From: a virus
Direction: 5' to 3' (one strand)
DNA length: 64,000 bases
Virus record (IMG/VR): IMGVR_UViG_3300019754_000001
Location: 1 to 64,000 of that record
Made by a program: the position numbers and the translations under genes. Positions 37,301-47,847 of the stretch are shown piece after piece. Below the pieces are notes generated by a model that worked only from the letters and a program-made list of their open reading frames with translations, did not search any database and was not told where the DNA came from. Each line of letters opens with the position of its first letter. Position 1 is the first letter of the stretch.

Positions 37301-38961
37301 GGTATGGGGTCTCCATTCTTATCTTTAGCCAAGTCACTTATAACAGTTCTAGTTAAATTGAGAAGTGTATTATCTAATTCATTTAGCTTAGCTTCAATTC
37401 GTTCCGCTTCGTCAGTTCGGGGAGAATCTTCAAGCCTATAAATAGGTTTACCTGAAGACTTGTTAATACCCTTGACTTCTAAAACTTGACTGACCATGGA
37501 GCGGAGGGCAGATATCTCCTCACTAGCTTGTTTAACATCTGTTACAGTTACTCTTTTGTTACTCGTTAATACACCCTCTATATTAGATATACTTTTTTCT
37601 GCAATATCTATTACATTTTTAACTAAGGCGCTCTTTTTTAATTTCTCTATATTTTCTTTTATCTCTTCTATTCTAACCATTACGGATTCCTTAGTCTCCG
37701 GATTCTTACTTATTGAATTATAAAGACTGTTCTTTCTAACTTTTAATTCATTTATAGCTTTAGTTAGAATGGCATCAGAAATCGGGTCTATATTACCATC
37801 AGTGTCTTCTCCCCCAAAGTAGCTTGACTCAAATACATCAGTAGATACATGGTCGTCAAAGAACATTATATCATCATCTATTAATTCTTCATTCTCTATT
37901 AAAGACCCTTCATAGTCTTCAACTGTATCAAAGGCCGCATTAACATTATCATTAAGACCATTAAAAAAGTCATCGTCATCAATATCGTCTTGAGACCTAT
38001 TATTAGTCTGTCTATATCTAGCCTCCCCTTCCAATATCTTTCTAAGCCTTGCATTGTTGTTTTCTAGCTTATTTGTGTATAAGTAATCACTAGTTGTATT
38101 TAATATTGCATGCAGTGCTGACCCTTTATTTACACTGATATTTAACAGTCCACTAATATAGTCTAATATACCTTCCCACACTGACTTCTTAGAGTTGAAT
38201 TTAATACCATTTAAAAAATCTCTAAATACACCTTCAGTTAAGGCATAAGATAAAAACTCATCAACACTTTCAATTACTACTGTATCAAGTCCATAACTTT
38301 CCATTAAGTTCCGGTCTTCCAGTAGTCCTTTTACATGTTCGTATACCTCATCTATTCTTTCTTTAAATATCTGCTCTTCCTCAGTTTTAGGGTTTAGTAA
38401 TGCCGCCACTGTAATAACATGTAGCATCTCATGAGTGGCTGTTAATCTAAACTCTTCCTTACTCACTGTCTTATCTAAAAATAATCTTATCTTGTCGTTT
38501 TCTATCACTTCTATAAAACCTGCTGTGCCTTCAGCTCTATCTTCATCTGTGAGTAAAGTAGTATCGTTTGTGTATTCTAAAACTGTTCCAGATTCTTCGA
38601 CTTTAGATACTAGCTTATCGAAGAGGGGGTAGTTTGGGTCTTCTGAATCTACTTCTCCATAGTCTTCAGTTAGGTTACTTAAGGTGAGGGGCTCTTTACC
38701 AATTATTTCGTTTACTATTCTATCGACACCTGCTATTGATTCTATTAGTATTTCTTTATCTAGTGGTATATCCACTCCATCAAACGTATCCCAAACCTTA
38801 TAAGCCATATCCATAGCTACCTTATCATTACCTTCTCTTAGGGCTCTTTCTCCCTCATTTCTAAATTCACTATTAGTTAGCGGTTTACCATCAAATAGTG
38901 TTACAATTTCGTTGAACTCAAAGCGAGCTTCACCGTCATTTATATTTGGACATTTTGCCAT
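34360..38961 (-). CDS. Giant virion cargo protein with zincin metallopeptidase domain
   Basis: 1533 aa; THEMLH...VDEFLSYAL; HGNYD C-terminal region; adjacent to vRNAP. Confidence 0.85.
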   Translation of the reverse strand: MAKCPNINDGEARFEFNEIVTLFDGKPLTNSEFRNEGERALREGNDKVAMDMAYKVWDTFDGVDIPLDKEILIESIAGVDRIVNEIIGKEPLTLSNLTEDYGEVDSEDPNYPLFDKLVSKVEESGTVLEYTNDTTLLTDEDRAEGTAGFIEVIENDKIRLFLDKTVSKEEFRLTATHEMLHVITVAALLNPKTEEEQIFKERIDEVYEHVKGLLEDRNLMESYGLDTVVIESVDEFLSYALTEGVFRDFLNGIKFNSKKSVWEGILDYISGLLNISVNKGSALHAILNTTSDYLYTNKLENNNARLRKILEGEARYRQTNNRSQDDIDDDDFFNGLNDNVNAAFDTVEDYEGSLIENEELIDDDIMFFDDHVSTDVFESSYFGGEDTDGNIDPISDAILTKAINELKVRKNSLYNSISKNPETKESVMVRIEEIKENIEKLKKSALVKNVIDIAEKSISNIEGVLTSNKRVTVTDVKQASEEISALRSMVSQVLEVKGINKSSGKPIYRLEDSPRTDEAERIEAKLNELDNTLLNLTRTVISDLAKDKNGDPIPLKDLTEIKDVGLLWSAVMDSSRVDNKLVSYLSGVLKDTNRNIMAEFEETIGIQLTKILEETGFDKNGKDFNERVLQKDADGNITKNLVDVFSQSYYDWKSKQRVELGQLNRVKDARKKNQKKKAYQDFMDNIYLPNYNILFGNDNEDARNEEIAKIKDLLGEVVGERLVSSMEKKITSYNKSKVAVVETFQRYHDAGRVGFKTIAEYKGKIAEWESYNNPMQLYEELTSNNVETTNFTSVTRFLSYAPKSEVNGQKSEWYDKDYEFIQNNPETYGKLYNFITENINNLKDYFPPHVAYALQHNHLPQVNKDILEKVRDEGIAGVITGKSLLDRVYGGLSEEQDDLDSQLRDSNGKPIKSVPIKFTKDTVGKLRVALSKAEKDYIRQESVFNGHITSKGATEASIKIQKDILDVVKGTRDSIKSDYDREFNSKSSDVIKAFKMFSFSAINYKRKSAVEDILTIGKEMVEKSIEIEKSKSNSIIRNKIGKGEKLNVVRQLEYEIDNILYNKGHNKGGILSTKVGLTKEARKTLKALKKEKNELELDMMHGRVEKEDYEERKLSIQARKDAVQDTGFVSPVKAFDKALKLTFFTSLGWNASSALTNTLYGYISNSVEAASGRYFTKQELNRAMGVLKHSMKRSATGRVDDVSTKVRSLMAKYGIMFDLLEDASGSSKIKEHNKKLGLAAPMELTKRAEYLNQAAVLVANLMHTKVQTVDGTEVSLWESYDNHANMSEEVLDSEQWDTMYDATKSNSFTKKRNNLIQLIKRVHGNYDPSSPMQAKKYLIGRATLALKSWIAEGIATRIETYKEDDQMGDPVKGRYRTYKDLGFANSVKIMKSILLKNLAVGEEFNADNKEMQTDLDNMRRNLKEIQWFLMMSAAMLIANLAFDDEDEKAEGYRLAYKTVSRLQDDVSLYMNPKALMDMFKNPSPLLRTIDNVVNIPSVVTKYATSDDARHDETYLIKGTFRAIPGLAMFQRWL

Positions 38962-38991
38962 TTGTATATAGTATTAAAATATTTTATTATT

Positions 38992-39042
38992 AGCCATAGA
39001 AGAAGACAATATTTCTACTATTGTAGTAATCCCGGCGGAATT
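38992..39042 (+). repeat. Bipartite element copy D (intergenic)
   Basis: AGCCATAGAAGAAGACA (17/17 with copy A)-N18-TAATCCCGGCGGAA. Confidence 0.88.
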
Positions 39043-39096
39043 AGTGTTGTACAGGCTACCAACCCATAGGAAAGGCAACCTGTACACTTAACTAAT
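39041..39096 (-). other. Minus-strand RNA hairpin right after the vRNAP stop
   Basis: GTACAGGTTGCC/GGTAGCCTGTAC pairs with G-U only on the - strand; no U-tract. Confidence 0.6.
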
Positions 39097-42000
39097 CTAG
39101 CATTTCTTATGCTCGTCCCTTATGACATCTCTAACTTGTACTAAGCTAGGATTGACATTTGAGGTCATTGAACTTGTATTAACTCTAGGCTTATACTCAC
39201 TAACTTTCCCATTAGCAAATGGAAACTCCTTATAACCTTTACTTAATACCCACCTAATTAAATGCTCCTCGCTAAACTGACCATTAACATATTTATTAGA
39301 GTAGGCTTGTACACTACTATCTAATAGAATAGAAGCTCCAGCCTCAACAGCTACACTTAACATCTCTACAGTTCTTTTAAACTTAGCTTCAGATCTACCG
39401 TGTGCCCCAACACCACCAGATATACTTGCAAAGACCTTATCATCTTTAGTATATGTTTCTGAATTTACAGGTATATTATTATTACGTGCATCAAAGGCAT
39501 AAGTAAGAGTACTAGAACTTTTAGGATTATAAGCCCTACTGTTAAAGTCTTTACCAAAGTTAGCAAATACATAAGCTGTAGCTCTAGCCGCTTTATATTG
39601 ATCTTTTCCAGTCTTATCCATCGATAGTATGAACTTAGTTGTTCCATTCTCCTTTTCACTATCAATACCATTATTGATTAAATAACTTAAAACAGTAGCA
39701 TGAGATGGCTGTCCTAACTCTTTCCAGTATAGCAACTTCTTACCTTTAAGCTTTCCAGAGTTAATTAGATCAACTATCCATTCCTTTCTAGCCATTAGTT
39801 GTGGATATTCTTTATCAAACTTATCAGTAGTTAACCAATCATGGTAGTTTTGAACAGACTCTGCTATAGTTCCTGCAGGTATAATAGCACTAGTAGAGCT
39901 CATGTGAGAAGAAGGGTTACCGAAGTGCTTCTCTCCACCCTTTCTTAGGGTATAAACCATACCATTCTCTTTAGCATATTTTTCCATTCCTTGATAATCT
40001 AAACCCTTATCTGTCATGAAAGAAGGTATACCATTCATACCCCTAATTACAACAGTTTCATTAGCAGTAGTCTTACCCATCTTACTAATAGCATGTAATT
40101 TTTCATGCTTTGGAGGACTATCAAATAGTGTTTGTTGTACAGCAAGTTTTTCTTCTAAACCTCTTATCTTTTCTGCAACTTCCATATACTCTCCCATTAT
40201 AATGTTTCTTGATTGTTTATCTATCATTGTGTTGGAAGCAAATACATACTCATTAGTAGTCAAGTCAAAAATGCTATCTGTAGGCATTACTGCAAATTCC
40301 TTTCCAAGCGTAGTTACTTTTCTGTGTGGTTCTTTATTAAGTAATACCTCTACAGCTACTCGCTTAGTTATTGCAGGGTTTGTTATTCTTCTCAAATCAT
40401 TACCTGGCCTTATTTCATATACTGAGTTATTGTAGCCAGTTCCATATGTTTTTCCATTTATAGTCACAGTATCATATACTACATTCTTTGTTTGTTTATC
40501 TTTTTCTATTTCATTAAAACCTGAAGTAGCTATAAAGAAGTTACCAAAAGCTTCATATAATGCAGTACCTTTTTTAAGTTTAGCTCCTATCATGTTCTCA
40601 AACAGGTTAGTCATATACTTAAGTATTCTCTCCCCAAAGGTTGATTCTTTATATGGAGTCTCTTTATGGAAATTTATAAACTCTCTATTTGTTAAAGCTA
40701 CCATAAATTCATTAAGGTTGGTTAGTGGCTCATACCTTCCAACATCTTTTAAATCAGACTCCTTCTTTTCCTTTATATTTGCTTTTATCTTATTAATTTC
40801 TCTTTTGTGGATATCAGCTAAGTGCGCTCTGACAGCTTCAATATTACCCATTGCAATCCTTATATCTCTAAATTCGTCACCCTTAAGCTGTCCGGATATA
40901 TATCTATCTACAAGTTGAGATGTTTGAGTGTGAGCTATTTCATGAAGTAATACCTCTTCCAGTTCTGCTTTGAATATATTAGGTGCTAGATTTCTAGACC
41001 CCATCTTATTAACATTGAGGCTTATTGAACCTCCAACTTGCTGACCCCTATGCTGAAGGGTTGGATCTTTTACATATTTAATACCGTTAGGCATTAACCA
41101 TTTAAGGTCTTTTAAAATCCTTGCTGCAGGTATTAGATGTGGTGTAGTTATATTATCCAATGCACTCATAAAAGAACTTACGCCCTCCGTGCCATTAGAA
41201 AAGTAGCCAGTTACAGGGTCTCCTTGAAGTGCTACTGTTTTATCAGCTCTGTAGTTTGCAACCTTCTCTTTTACATTTGGGTTATTGTAATCAAATACAG
41301 ACTTGCCCTCATACTCTTCACCTAGATTTTCTGACATCTTCTTATGACCTTTTGTATTCATTTCTAGATATATAAAACCGTCCTCCATTGGAACTCTCTC
41401 ATATAAACTATCTTTATTCTTTCCTCTGACATGTGCATATAGGGGAGGATTTGAGTTCTTAGAGCTAAACACTACTTTATCTGTATATAAAACTTTATTA
41501 GTATCAGGGTCATAGTTATTTTTATTTTCTATTCCATCAATCTTATTAAGCTCTGGAGTACTCTTTGGATAATGTTCTACATACTCTTTAAATACTTCCA
41601 CGGGGTTTATATTATTAAGTAGTGTAGAATTTAATCCAAGGCCATGACCTGATTCAATTAATATCTTTAAAGGTCTAATCATCTTAATGGAGCGTGGGCT
41701 AAACTTAGCACCCTCCATTAAACTGTACCTGACTAAATCAAGAGCTAAAGAACGTTGCTCAGCATTACCTCTATAGAGTTCCATCCAGGATGCTATCAGC
41801 ATTGTCTGTGCGTTCTGAGTTAATGCAAAGGTATTTATCTCTACGAAGGAGGGGGCATCCAGTGTCTTTCCTTGTGAAGGGATTAAGTTACTTATGAACA
41901 AAGAACCTATTGGATTATTAGTTCTTTTGTATCTATTAATCCTATTAGCTAATGAGTTACTTCCATACAACATATCAACCATCAACTGTTTCTTATCTAT

Positions 42001-45000
42001 CTCTTCACCATTATCCTTAAACAAACTACTTTCATCTGTTTTCTTAAGCAATAGGTGTGAGAGCATTGATTCATGAAGTTGTTTTGATATAAATGGAATA
42101 TCTGAATAAGATAGGGAGCTGTTATTATCTAGTACCATATCAAGAAGTGTATTGAACTTGGGGGTAGCACCAACACTCATAGGAAAACCTCCTATATTAG
42201 TACCCCATATAGCACGAGCCGTGTTAAGAGAATTATATACTCCATAGCCAACTTCAGTAAGTTCACCATCACCATTTAATACTAGATTATCAAGACCTAC
42301 TATATCAGACTTGCCATTTATAACTTCAGAGTATATTTTAACTTTTTGAACTATACTGCTGATATCTTTACCAACACCCTTAGTTTCAATTTTAAGTACA
42401 CTATTTGCTATCCCTATTGTTTTTGCAGGATTATACAGTGCTGCAAAAATAGAAGCTACTTTATACTGAGCTGAATTACTTTGACTCTTTAGTTCTTCTG
42501 TTGTTAGCGGACCCTCCACCCTATTCTCTTCATAGGATTTTAATACAGACTGTATAATAGCCATATCTTCACTACTATTTCTTTTGCCAAGTTTATTACT
42601 TGTTGTTTTTAACTCTTCTGTTATTTCCTGTATTGCAGGCTGTGTCATTATTAAGGCTACTGTTTCAGCTGAGAGTGCTTTATTCTTACTTTGAGTTTCT
42701 CCTTTATCTACCATTTGTATTAATAAATTATACACACCGGAATTTACAGCATCATAACCAAGATACGCTAAGTTTCCATTATTAGCATTATCAACAGCTT
42801 CTGATAGCAACATCATTAAGGAGTCAGCATTGCTCCTTACTCCACCACCACTAGTTCCTAAATCTATATCAGATAAAGTAAGTACTTCACCTTCTGATTC
42901 CACCTCTAAGAAAAGTTTACTACCATCCTTATCAATAGGATACAATCCCTTATTCTCGGCCATTGCTAAAAACACTAGAGCATTAGCTTCAATAGCTACA
43001 CCTATTTTACCAGCCTGAGCATTATTGTATTCTTTTTCTGAGTATTCAATACCCAAAGGGACGAATCGCTTAGTACCATCTCTGTACTGTTCTTCTTCCT
43101 TAGCTTTAGCAACCTTAGCAAAGTTTTGAAAGTCTGGTAAATCTAAAGTAGTTAACATCTTTTTAGTAATATCCGGATGACTTAAAACTGCCTCATGTAA
43201 TCTTATATACTGATTTTGTAATAACTTACTCTCTTCCTTAGCTGTTACATTTTCTTCAGATATTATCTTTAGTGTTTTATTGCCGTCAGCATCTTCTACA
43301 TTTTTATAGTTATACATATAAGTATAAAGGTGGTCTACGTCAAAGTCAGACCCCATCTGTGCAGTAATCTCATCAGGCAGTATTATGAGAGACTTCATTT
43401 GGGGAGGTAAAAATCCAACTATCTCTATGTTAGACATGGAACTAAATCCCTGATTAGGAATACGCGCTCCTATTAACGATAACAACTCTTTATCTATTTT
43501 AGACATATCAAGCTTTCCGCCACTGCCTATAAAATTGTTAATGTCTTCATTAAACATCCAAGGGAGTATTACTTGCATCTTTTGAATACCTATAACCTTA
43601 CCTTTCTTGTTTAATATAATATCTCCAGCCTTTAGCTCTGTATCAAACTCACTGGTAAATATAACATTATTTTCATTATCACTCAACTTTGATACATTCA
43701 TCTTACCCTTAATCCCAAAAGCAGCTCCTTGTACAAAAGACCTTCCTCTAAGTTCAGGTCTTAGTATTTTTTTACTAATTGCTGAATTGATTTTTTGAAC
43801 TATCTTATTACGTGATGCTGACATATCTAAAGGCCAGGCGAATGCTCCATGCTTAAACTTTAAAGATTGTAGTTCATTATCACTTATACCCTCATTGACA
43901 AGTATCTCTTTGAAAGCATCTCTAAACTTAGCTTGGTTAGTTACAACTCCATTCTTTATTCCAAAGGAGTGCTCTAACTTACCAAGCCCTTCCTCCATCA
44001 TTCTTACTTTAATCTTATCTCTCATCTCTCTTATACCCTTACCATCTTTAATAACGTGGTCATCTATAAATAAATCAAAACCTGCCATTTCTGAAATACC
44101 CATAGTAATAAGTTGATTCATCTGAGACACTGAGATTGTCTTATAATCCTCATGGTTTCCTTCTTCTTGTTGAGTTTTCAATCCCTCTCTCTTAACTATA
44201 GTAGGCTCCATCAAATCTATCTTATCTTTATTTAAACCAATTGCTCTAGAATTCCCCTCATGGTCATTTTCATAATTAAACACATCCCACTTATCTCTAG
44301 AACCTGCCTTAACTGCCGATTCAAAAGCTAAATGTACAGTGGTTAAATTACCAGTTTTCTCTTCATTGTTATCATCTATTAGATACTTTCTTTCCTCTCG
44401 TTCCATCTTTTCTCTAATCATATCTATTTCTAGGTCTTTTGTATATTGGGGTATTAATGGAAAGAATGAAGACTTTACAATCATCGTATCATTTGAAGAA
44501 GTCTCCTTATTGAAGTTGTTTGAGGTATACAAAGGCTTTTGTGGAATTATGTCCATCTGTGTCAGTCTAGCTATTTCTGCATCCTCTCCAGAGTTTAATA
44601 GTAATGGCTTGTTAGTTTTATAGCTTTCCATTATCTTCTTGTTAATACTGTCATACACTTCTTCTTTAATCTTACCCCTCTGGGCCATAAATACTATATA
44701 GCTTTTAAGAGTTACTAACTCTTGTGCATCTGTACTATTAACATTCTTATACCCCTTAGCTATTTCAGGGCTTAGGGATTTTTTATACTTATTATACATT
44801 CTAGAAGTATACTTATCATTAAGAACAAAATAAGCTATGTTTTCATAGTTATTAATTATTCTTTTACCGTTAACCATCTCAGCAACTTCTGTTGATGGGT
44901 CCATTCCAGTACCTATTAAAGAACCTAACCTCTTAAGGTAAGTAGTCCATGTACCAAACTCATCACGTTTAAAATACTGTGCTGGGTCAGATAACAGCTG

Positions 45001-47844
45001 TACAACCTCACCTGTTCCTATCATATTATTTATAACATAATCAGCAGCTATTGCAGTTAAAGCATAGGCATCTGGATTAGTTATATTTCTTTTTTCTAGA
45101 GTTTCAGTATCCAAACCCATTCTTTTTAAGTACTCTTTATTTAATGTCTTTGTTATTGGATATGATTTAAAATTTTCATTCAATATATCAAACACATGCT
45201 TAACTTCTTGCTGTATATCCTTATGTACCTCATCTAGCATAAGTTTTACAGTATCGTTATTAAATATTATACCATTAGAACTTAGTATTGAAGTAGCTGG
45301 GTCTGTACTATCTAAAAGTTTATTAAGTGAAGGAAATAAATAAAACCTGTCACCACCCTTAAGAAGTGCTATATCCATTCCTTTTCTACTGTCTTCTTTT
45401 CGTTTATTTATAACTCTAGTAATTCGTTTAGCTTCTCCTCTTATAAGATCTTCAAGAGCATTGTTTACTTCTATTCTTGTTATAGTATCACCTATAAGAC
45501 CCTCCTCATACTTATATTTAATATCTTTTCCATTGGCATCTTTTAACTTAGTATTATTATCCTTGTCTGCAAATATACCTCTAGGGCCAGTTATTCCATC
45601 AGTTTTACCTACCCCTGTTATATTGATACGTGGCCACTTAAATATTATATTTCTACTCTTATCTGAAAACGTTAACGGCATTAGGTGCATGAATTTATCA
45701 TTACCGTTATTGGCCATTAAAGATAATCTCATAACGAGTTTCTCTAGTGGGGATGCTTCTTTTCTTGTTATGTTAACATTATTAGAAGTAGATATTGCAT
45801 CTAAAACCCCCATAACAATATCCCCCTCTTTTAAAGCACCTCTCTTTAATAGTTTAACAACTCTAGAAGTTGAAGTAAAGTCTCCATCTTCCATATCTTT
45901 CATAAATTTACTATCTTTAGTTGTTAACTTCTTTACTAACTGTGTGGCAAAACTAGGTAATCCGTATTTAGCTACTTGGTTATCTGAAGAGTTTAGAAAG
46001 GTCTGGTCTACGTGTTCTGCAGATTCTTCATAAAGTGTCTTTAATACTATTTTTACCATCCTATCCTCTAAAGGGTTAGAGTTGTTACCAACAAATGAAG
46101 AGGTTGTGTCAATATCTGTTATGTTTGATAGTGATGTTATAAAGTTAAACCCTCCCTCATTATCTGTAGATATAAATGTTATGGGATTCATACCTGACTT
46201 TAAGAATTTAGCAGCCTTATCACTTCCATTTTGTATATACTTTTGTGGGTTTCTAATAAGGTCTTCATATTGAGAGGAGGTAAGCTTAATACCGTATTGA
46301 TCTAATATATCCATAATCTCAACAGCGTTATCAAGCATATGCTGTACACCAGCATTCCTATCAGCTTTACTAAAATCAATACCAAACTTCCTTAAAGCCT
46401 CAACAGCTAAAACACCAACTCTATTAGATAGCTCAATCATCTTACTTTCATCTAGAACAAAGTTGTTATTTGATATCTTTAATATCCCAGCCTTGCCTTC
46501 AGACTCTTCATGCTTTTCTATTTGATGCTCTCTAGCTAGGTTTAAGGAACTTCGGGTGGCGGAAGTGGAATCAGTATTTATAATCCTATACTGTCGTTCT
46601 ACTGTATTTGGAGTTTCAAAATCTCCATCATTTAGTTCTCTAGAGTATTCTTTAACTGTAACCATGTTATGATTTTGTAGATTAGTAGCTACATAGAATA
46701 AGTTTCTAAACCTATTATACTCTGGTGTAGTTGGGTCTTTTAGCTTTGCAGCTATAGACATTAAGACTGGGTCTTGTGTCTTCTCTAACATTTCAACCCT
46801 CTGACTTATCGTACCGTATGAATCAGCTAGGGCATTAGTTATTTTACTAAATACTACCTTGTGGCTATAAGTATCAATGAACCCTAAAATGTTTGCTTTG
46901 AGTTGGGGAGTGTATTTCTTACCATCTTGAACATAAGTTACTTTAGGTATATTCATAAGATAGGTTTTAAATACAAACCCTACAGTATCTGATACTGGGA
47001 TAGCCATTTTCTTAGCATCATCCCAAACAGCACCAAAGACCTCTTCACCAAACATATCTGAATCATCTTGTGTTTCAGCATTCTCTGTTACAGTCTCAGT
47101 TGTTAGTTTAGTATCATCTTCTAAGTTATTATCTTTAGTAGTTTCGTCCTTATCTTTATTTATCTTTTCTTCCTTATACCCTTCAGATATTAATCTACCT
47201 TTAAGTAGCTTTTGAAAAGACTTAAAAGCATCAGGCTCAAGTAGCTTATTAACGGAGGATAGAAAAAGCTCTCCCTTGGTGCGTTGTTCTTTTGTTATTG
47301 TTTTATTTGCCAGTCCTTCTTTATATTCTTGTTGTGCTGTCCTTAACATTTTTTCCATTTCAACAGCAAGTGATTTAGTACTAATAGCATCATTAAATAA
47401 GCTCTTTAGTACAATACTTTCTCCCCACCCCAAGATAGATTCTACTTCTAAAGTATTAAATCCTTCTATTAGCGTATCAGGGTCTTCTATATATTCATCA
47501 GCTTCTAATCCATAACCTTCTACTCTTTTAATGACTTCCTCATATACAGGCTCTCCATTTTCATCTACTCTTCCGTTATAGTTTTCAGGATTAAATTCCC
47601 AATCTCCATAGGTATCTTTATACTTATCTGTTCTTACAGCTATTGATACTTCTACAGCTCTTTTTATATTTTTTGTTTTATCTAGAACAGTCTTAAATAA
47701 ATAAGATGCTTCACCATTAGATGCTTTTTCAAATGGAATCTCATCTTCTTTTAAGTTATACTTCTTAAAAAGACTTAAAGCAGTATCCGAAGATACTACT
47801 TTAGTCAATGAGTTAAATACTTTTGTTCCTTTAGGACACTTCAT
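39097..47844 (-). CDS. Virion-packaged single-subunit two-barrel RNA polymerase (crAss/phi14:2 gp66-like) with C-terminal accessory domains
   Basis: 2915 aa; RIPNQGFSSM and GSDFDVD catalytic loop (~43333-43347); LLHEIAH zincin; DUF4326-like FGNP...YHDWL...LKGKKL...HATVL. Confidence 0.92.
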   Translation of the reverse strand: MKCPKGTKVFNSLTKVVSSDTALSLFKKYNLKEDEIPFEKASNGEASYLFKTVLDKTKNIKRAVEVSIAVRTDKYKDTYGDWEFNPENYNGRVDENGEPVYEEVIKRVEGYGLEADEYIEDPDTLIEGFNTLEVESILGWGESIVLKSLFNDAISTKSLAVEMEKMLRTAQQEYKEGLANKTITKEQRTKGELFLSSVNKLLEPDAFKSFQKLLKGRLISEGYKEEKINKDKDETTKDNNLEDDTKLTTETVTENAETQDDSDMFGEEVFGAVWDDAKKMAIPVSDTVGFVFKTYLMNIPKVTYVQDGKKYTPQLKANILGFIDTYSHKVVFSKITNALADSYGTISQRVEMLEKTQDPVLMSIAAKLKDPTTPEYNRFRNLFYVATNLQNHNMVTVKEYSRELNDGDFETPNTVERQYRIINTDSTSATRSSLNLAREHQIEKHEESEGKAGILKISNNNFVLDESKMIELSNRVGVLAVEALRKFGIDFSKADRNAGVQHMLDNAVEIMDILDQYGIKLTSSQYEDLIRNPQKYIQNGSDKAAKFLKSGMNPITFISTDNEGGFNFITSLSNITDIDTTSSFVGNNSNPLEDRMVKIVLKTLYEESAEHVDQTFLNSSDNQVAKYGLPSFATQLVKKLTTKDSKFMKDMEDGDFTSTSRVVKLLKRGALKEGDIVMGVLDAISTSNNVNITRKEASPLEKLVMRLSLMANNGNDKFMHLMPLTFSDKSRNIIFKWPRINITGVGKTDGITGPRGIFADKDNNTKLKDANGKDIKYKYEEGLIGDTITRIEVNNALEDLIRGEAKRITRVINKRKEDSRKGMDIALLKGGDRFYLFPSLNKLLDSTDPATSILSSNGIIFNNDTVKLMLDEVHKDIQQEVKHVFDILNENFKSYPITKTLNKEYLKRMGLDTETLEKRNITNPDAYALTAIAADYVINNMIGTGEVVQLLSDPAQYFKRDEFGTWTTYLKRLGSLIGTGMDPSTEVAEMVNGKRIINNYENIAYFVLNDKYTSRMYNKYKKSLSPEIAKGYKNVNSTDAQELVTLKSYIVFMAQRGKIKEEVYDSINKKIMESYKTNKPLLLNSGEDAEIARLTQMDIIPQKPLYTSNNFNKETSSNDTMIVKSSFFPLIPQYTKDLEIDMIREKMEREERKYLIDDNNEEKTGNLTTVHLAFESAVKAGSRDKWDVFNYENDHEGNSRAIGLNKDKIDLMEPTIVKREGLKTQQEEGNHEDYKTISVSQMNQLITMGISEMAGFDLFIDDHVIKDGKGIREMRDKIKVRMMEEGLGKLEHSFGIKNGVVTNQAKFRDAFKEILVNEGISDNELQSLKFKHGAFAWPLDMSASRNKIVQKINSAISKKILRPELRGRSFVQGAAFGIKGKMNVSKLSDNENNVIFTSEFDTELKAGDIILNKKGKVIGIQKMQVILPWMFNEDINNFIGSGGKLDMSKIDKELLSLIGARIPNQGFSSMSNIEIVGFLPPQMKSLIILPDEITAQMGSDFDVDHLYTYMYNYKNVEDADGNKTLKIISEENVTAKEESKLLQNQYIRLHEAVLSHPDITKKMLTTLDLPDFQNFAKVAKAKEEEQYRDGTKRFVPLGIEYSEKEYNNAQAGKIGVAIEANALVFLAMAENKGLYPIDKDGSKLFLEVESEGEVLTLSDIDLGTSGGGVRSNADSLMMLLSEAVDNANNGNLAYLGYDAVNSGVYNLLIQMVDKGETQSKNKALSAETVALIMTQPAIQEITEELKTTSNKLGKRNSSEDMAIIQSVLKSYEENRVEGPLTTEELKSQSNSAQYKVASIFAALYNPAKTIGIANSVLKIETKGVGKDISSIVQKVKIYSEVINGKSDIVGLDNLVLNGDGELTEVGYGVYNSLNTARAIWGTNIGGFPMSVGATPKFNTLLDMVLDNNSSLSYSDIPFISKQLHESMLSHLLLKKTDESSLFKDNGEEIDKKQLMVDMLYGSNSLANRINRYKRTNNPIGSLFISNLIPSQGKTLDAPSFVEINTFALTQNAQTMLIASWMELYRGNAEQRSLALDLVRYSLMEGAKFSPRSIKMIRPLKILIESGHGLGLNSTLLNNINPVEVFKEYVEHYPKSTPELNKIDGIENKNNYDPDTNKVLYTDKVVFSSKNSNPPLYAHVRGKNKDSLYERVPMEDGFIYLEMNTKGHKKMSENLGEEYEGKSVFDYNNPNVKEKVANYRADKTVALQGDPVTGYFSNGTEGVSSFMSALDNITTPHLIPAARILKDLKWLMPNGIKYVKDPTLQHRGQQVGGSISLNVNKMGSRNLAPNIFKAELEEVLLHEIAHTQTSQLVDRYISGQLKGDEFRDIRIAMGNIEAVRAHLADIHKREINKIKANIKEKKESDLKDVGRYEPLTNLNEFMVALTNREFINFHKETPYKESTFGERILKYMTNLFENMIGAKLKKGTALYEAFGNFFIATSGFNEIEKDKQTKNVVYDTVTINGKTYGTGYNNSVYEIRPGNDLRRITNPAITKRVAVEVLLNKEPHRKVTTLGKEFAVMPTDSIFDLTTNEYVFASNTMIDKQSRNIIMGEYMEVAEKIRGLEEKLAVQQTLFDSPPKHEKLHAISKMGKTTANETVVIRGMNGIPSFMTDKGLDYQGMEKYAKENGMVYTLRKGGEKHFGNPSSHMSSTSAIIPAGTIAESVQNYHDWLTTDKFDKEYPQLMARKEWIVDLINSGKLKGKKLLYWKELGQPSHATVLSYLINNGIDSEKENGTTKFILSMDKTGKDQYKAARATAYVFANFGKDFNSRAYNPKSSSTLTYAFDARNNNIPVNSETYTKDDKVFASISGGVGAHGRSEAKFKRTVEMLSVAVEAGASILLDSSVQAYSNKYVNGQFSEEHLIRWVLSKGYKEFPFANGKVSEYKPRVNTSSMTSNVNPSLVQVRDVIRDEHKKC

Positions 47845-47847
47845 ATG

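Noticed and set aside
39097-47844. Intein or protein-splicing explanation for the terminal cysteines
   Set aside because: No HINT blocks, no His-Asn C-terminal motif and no LAGLIDADG domain.
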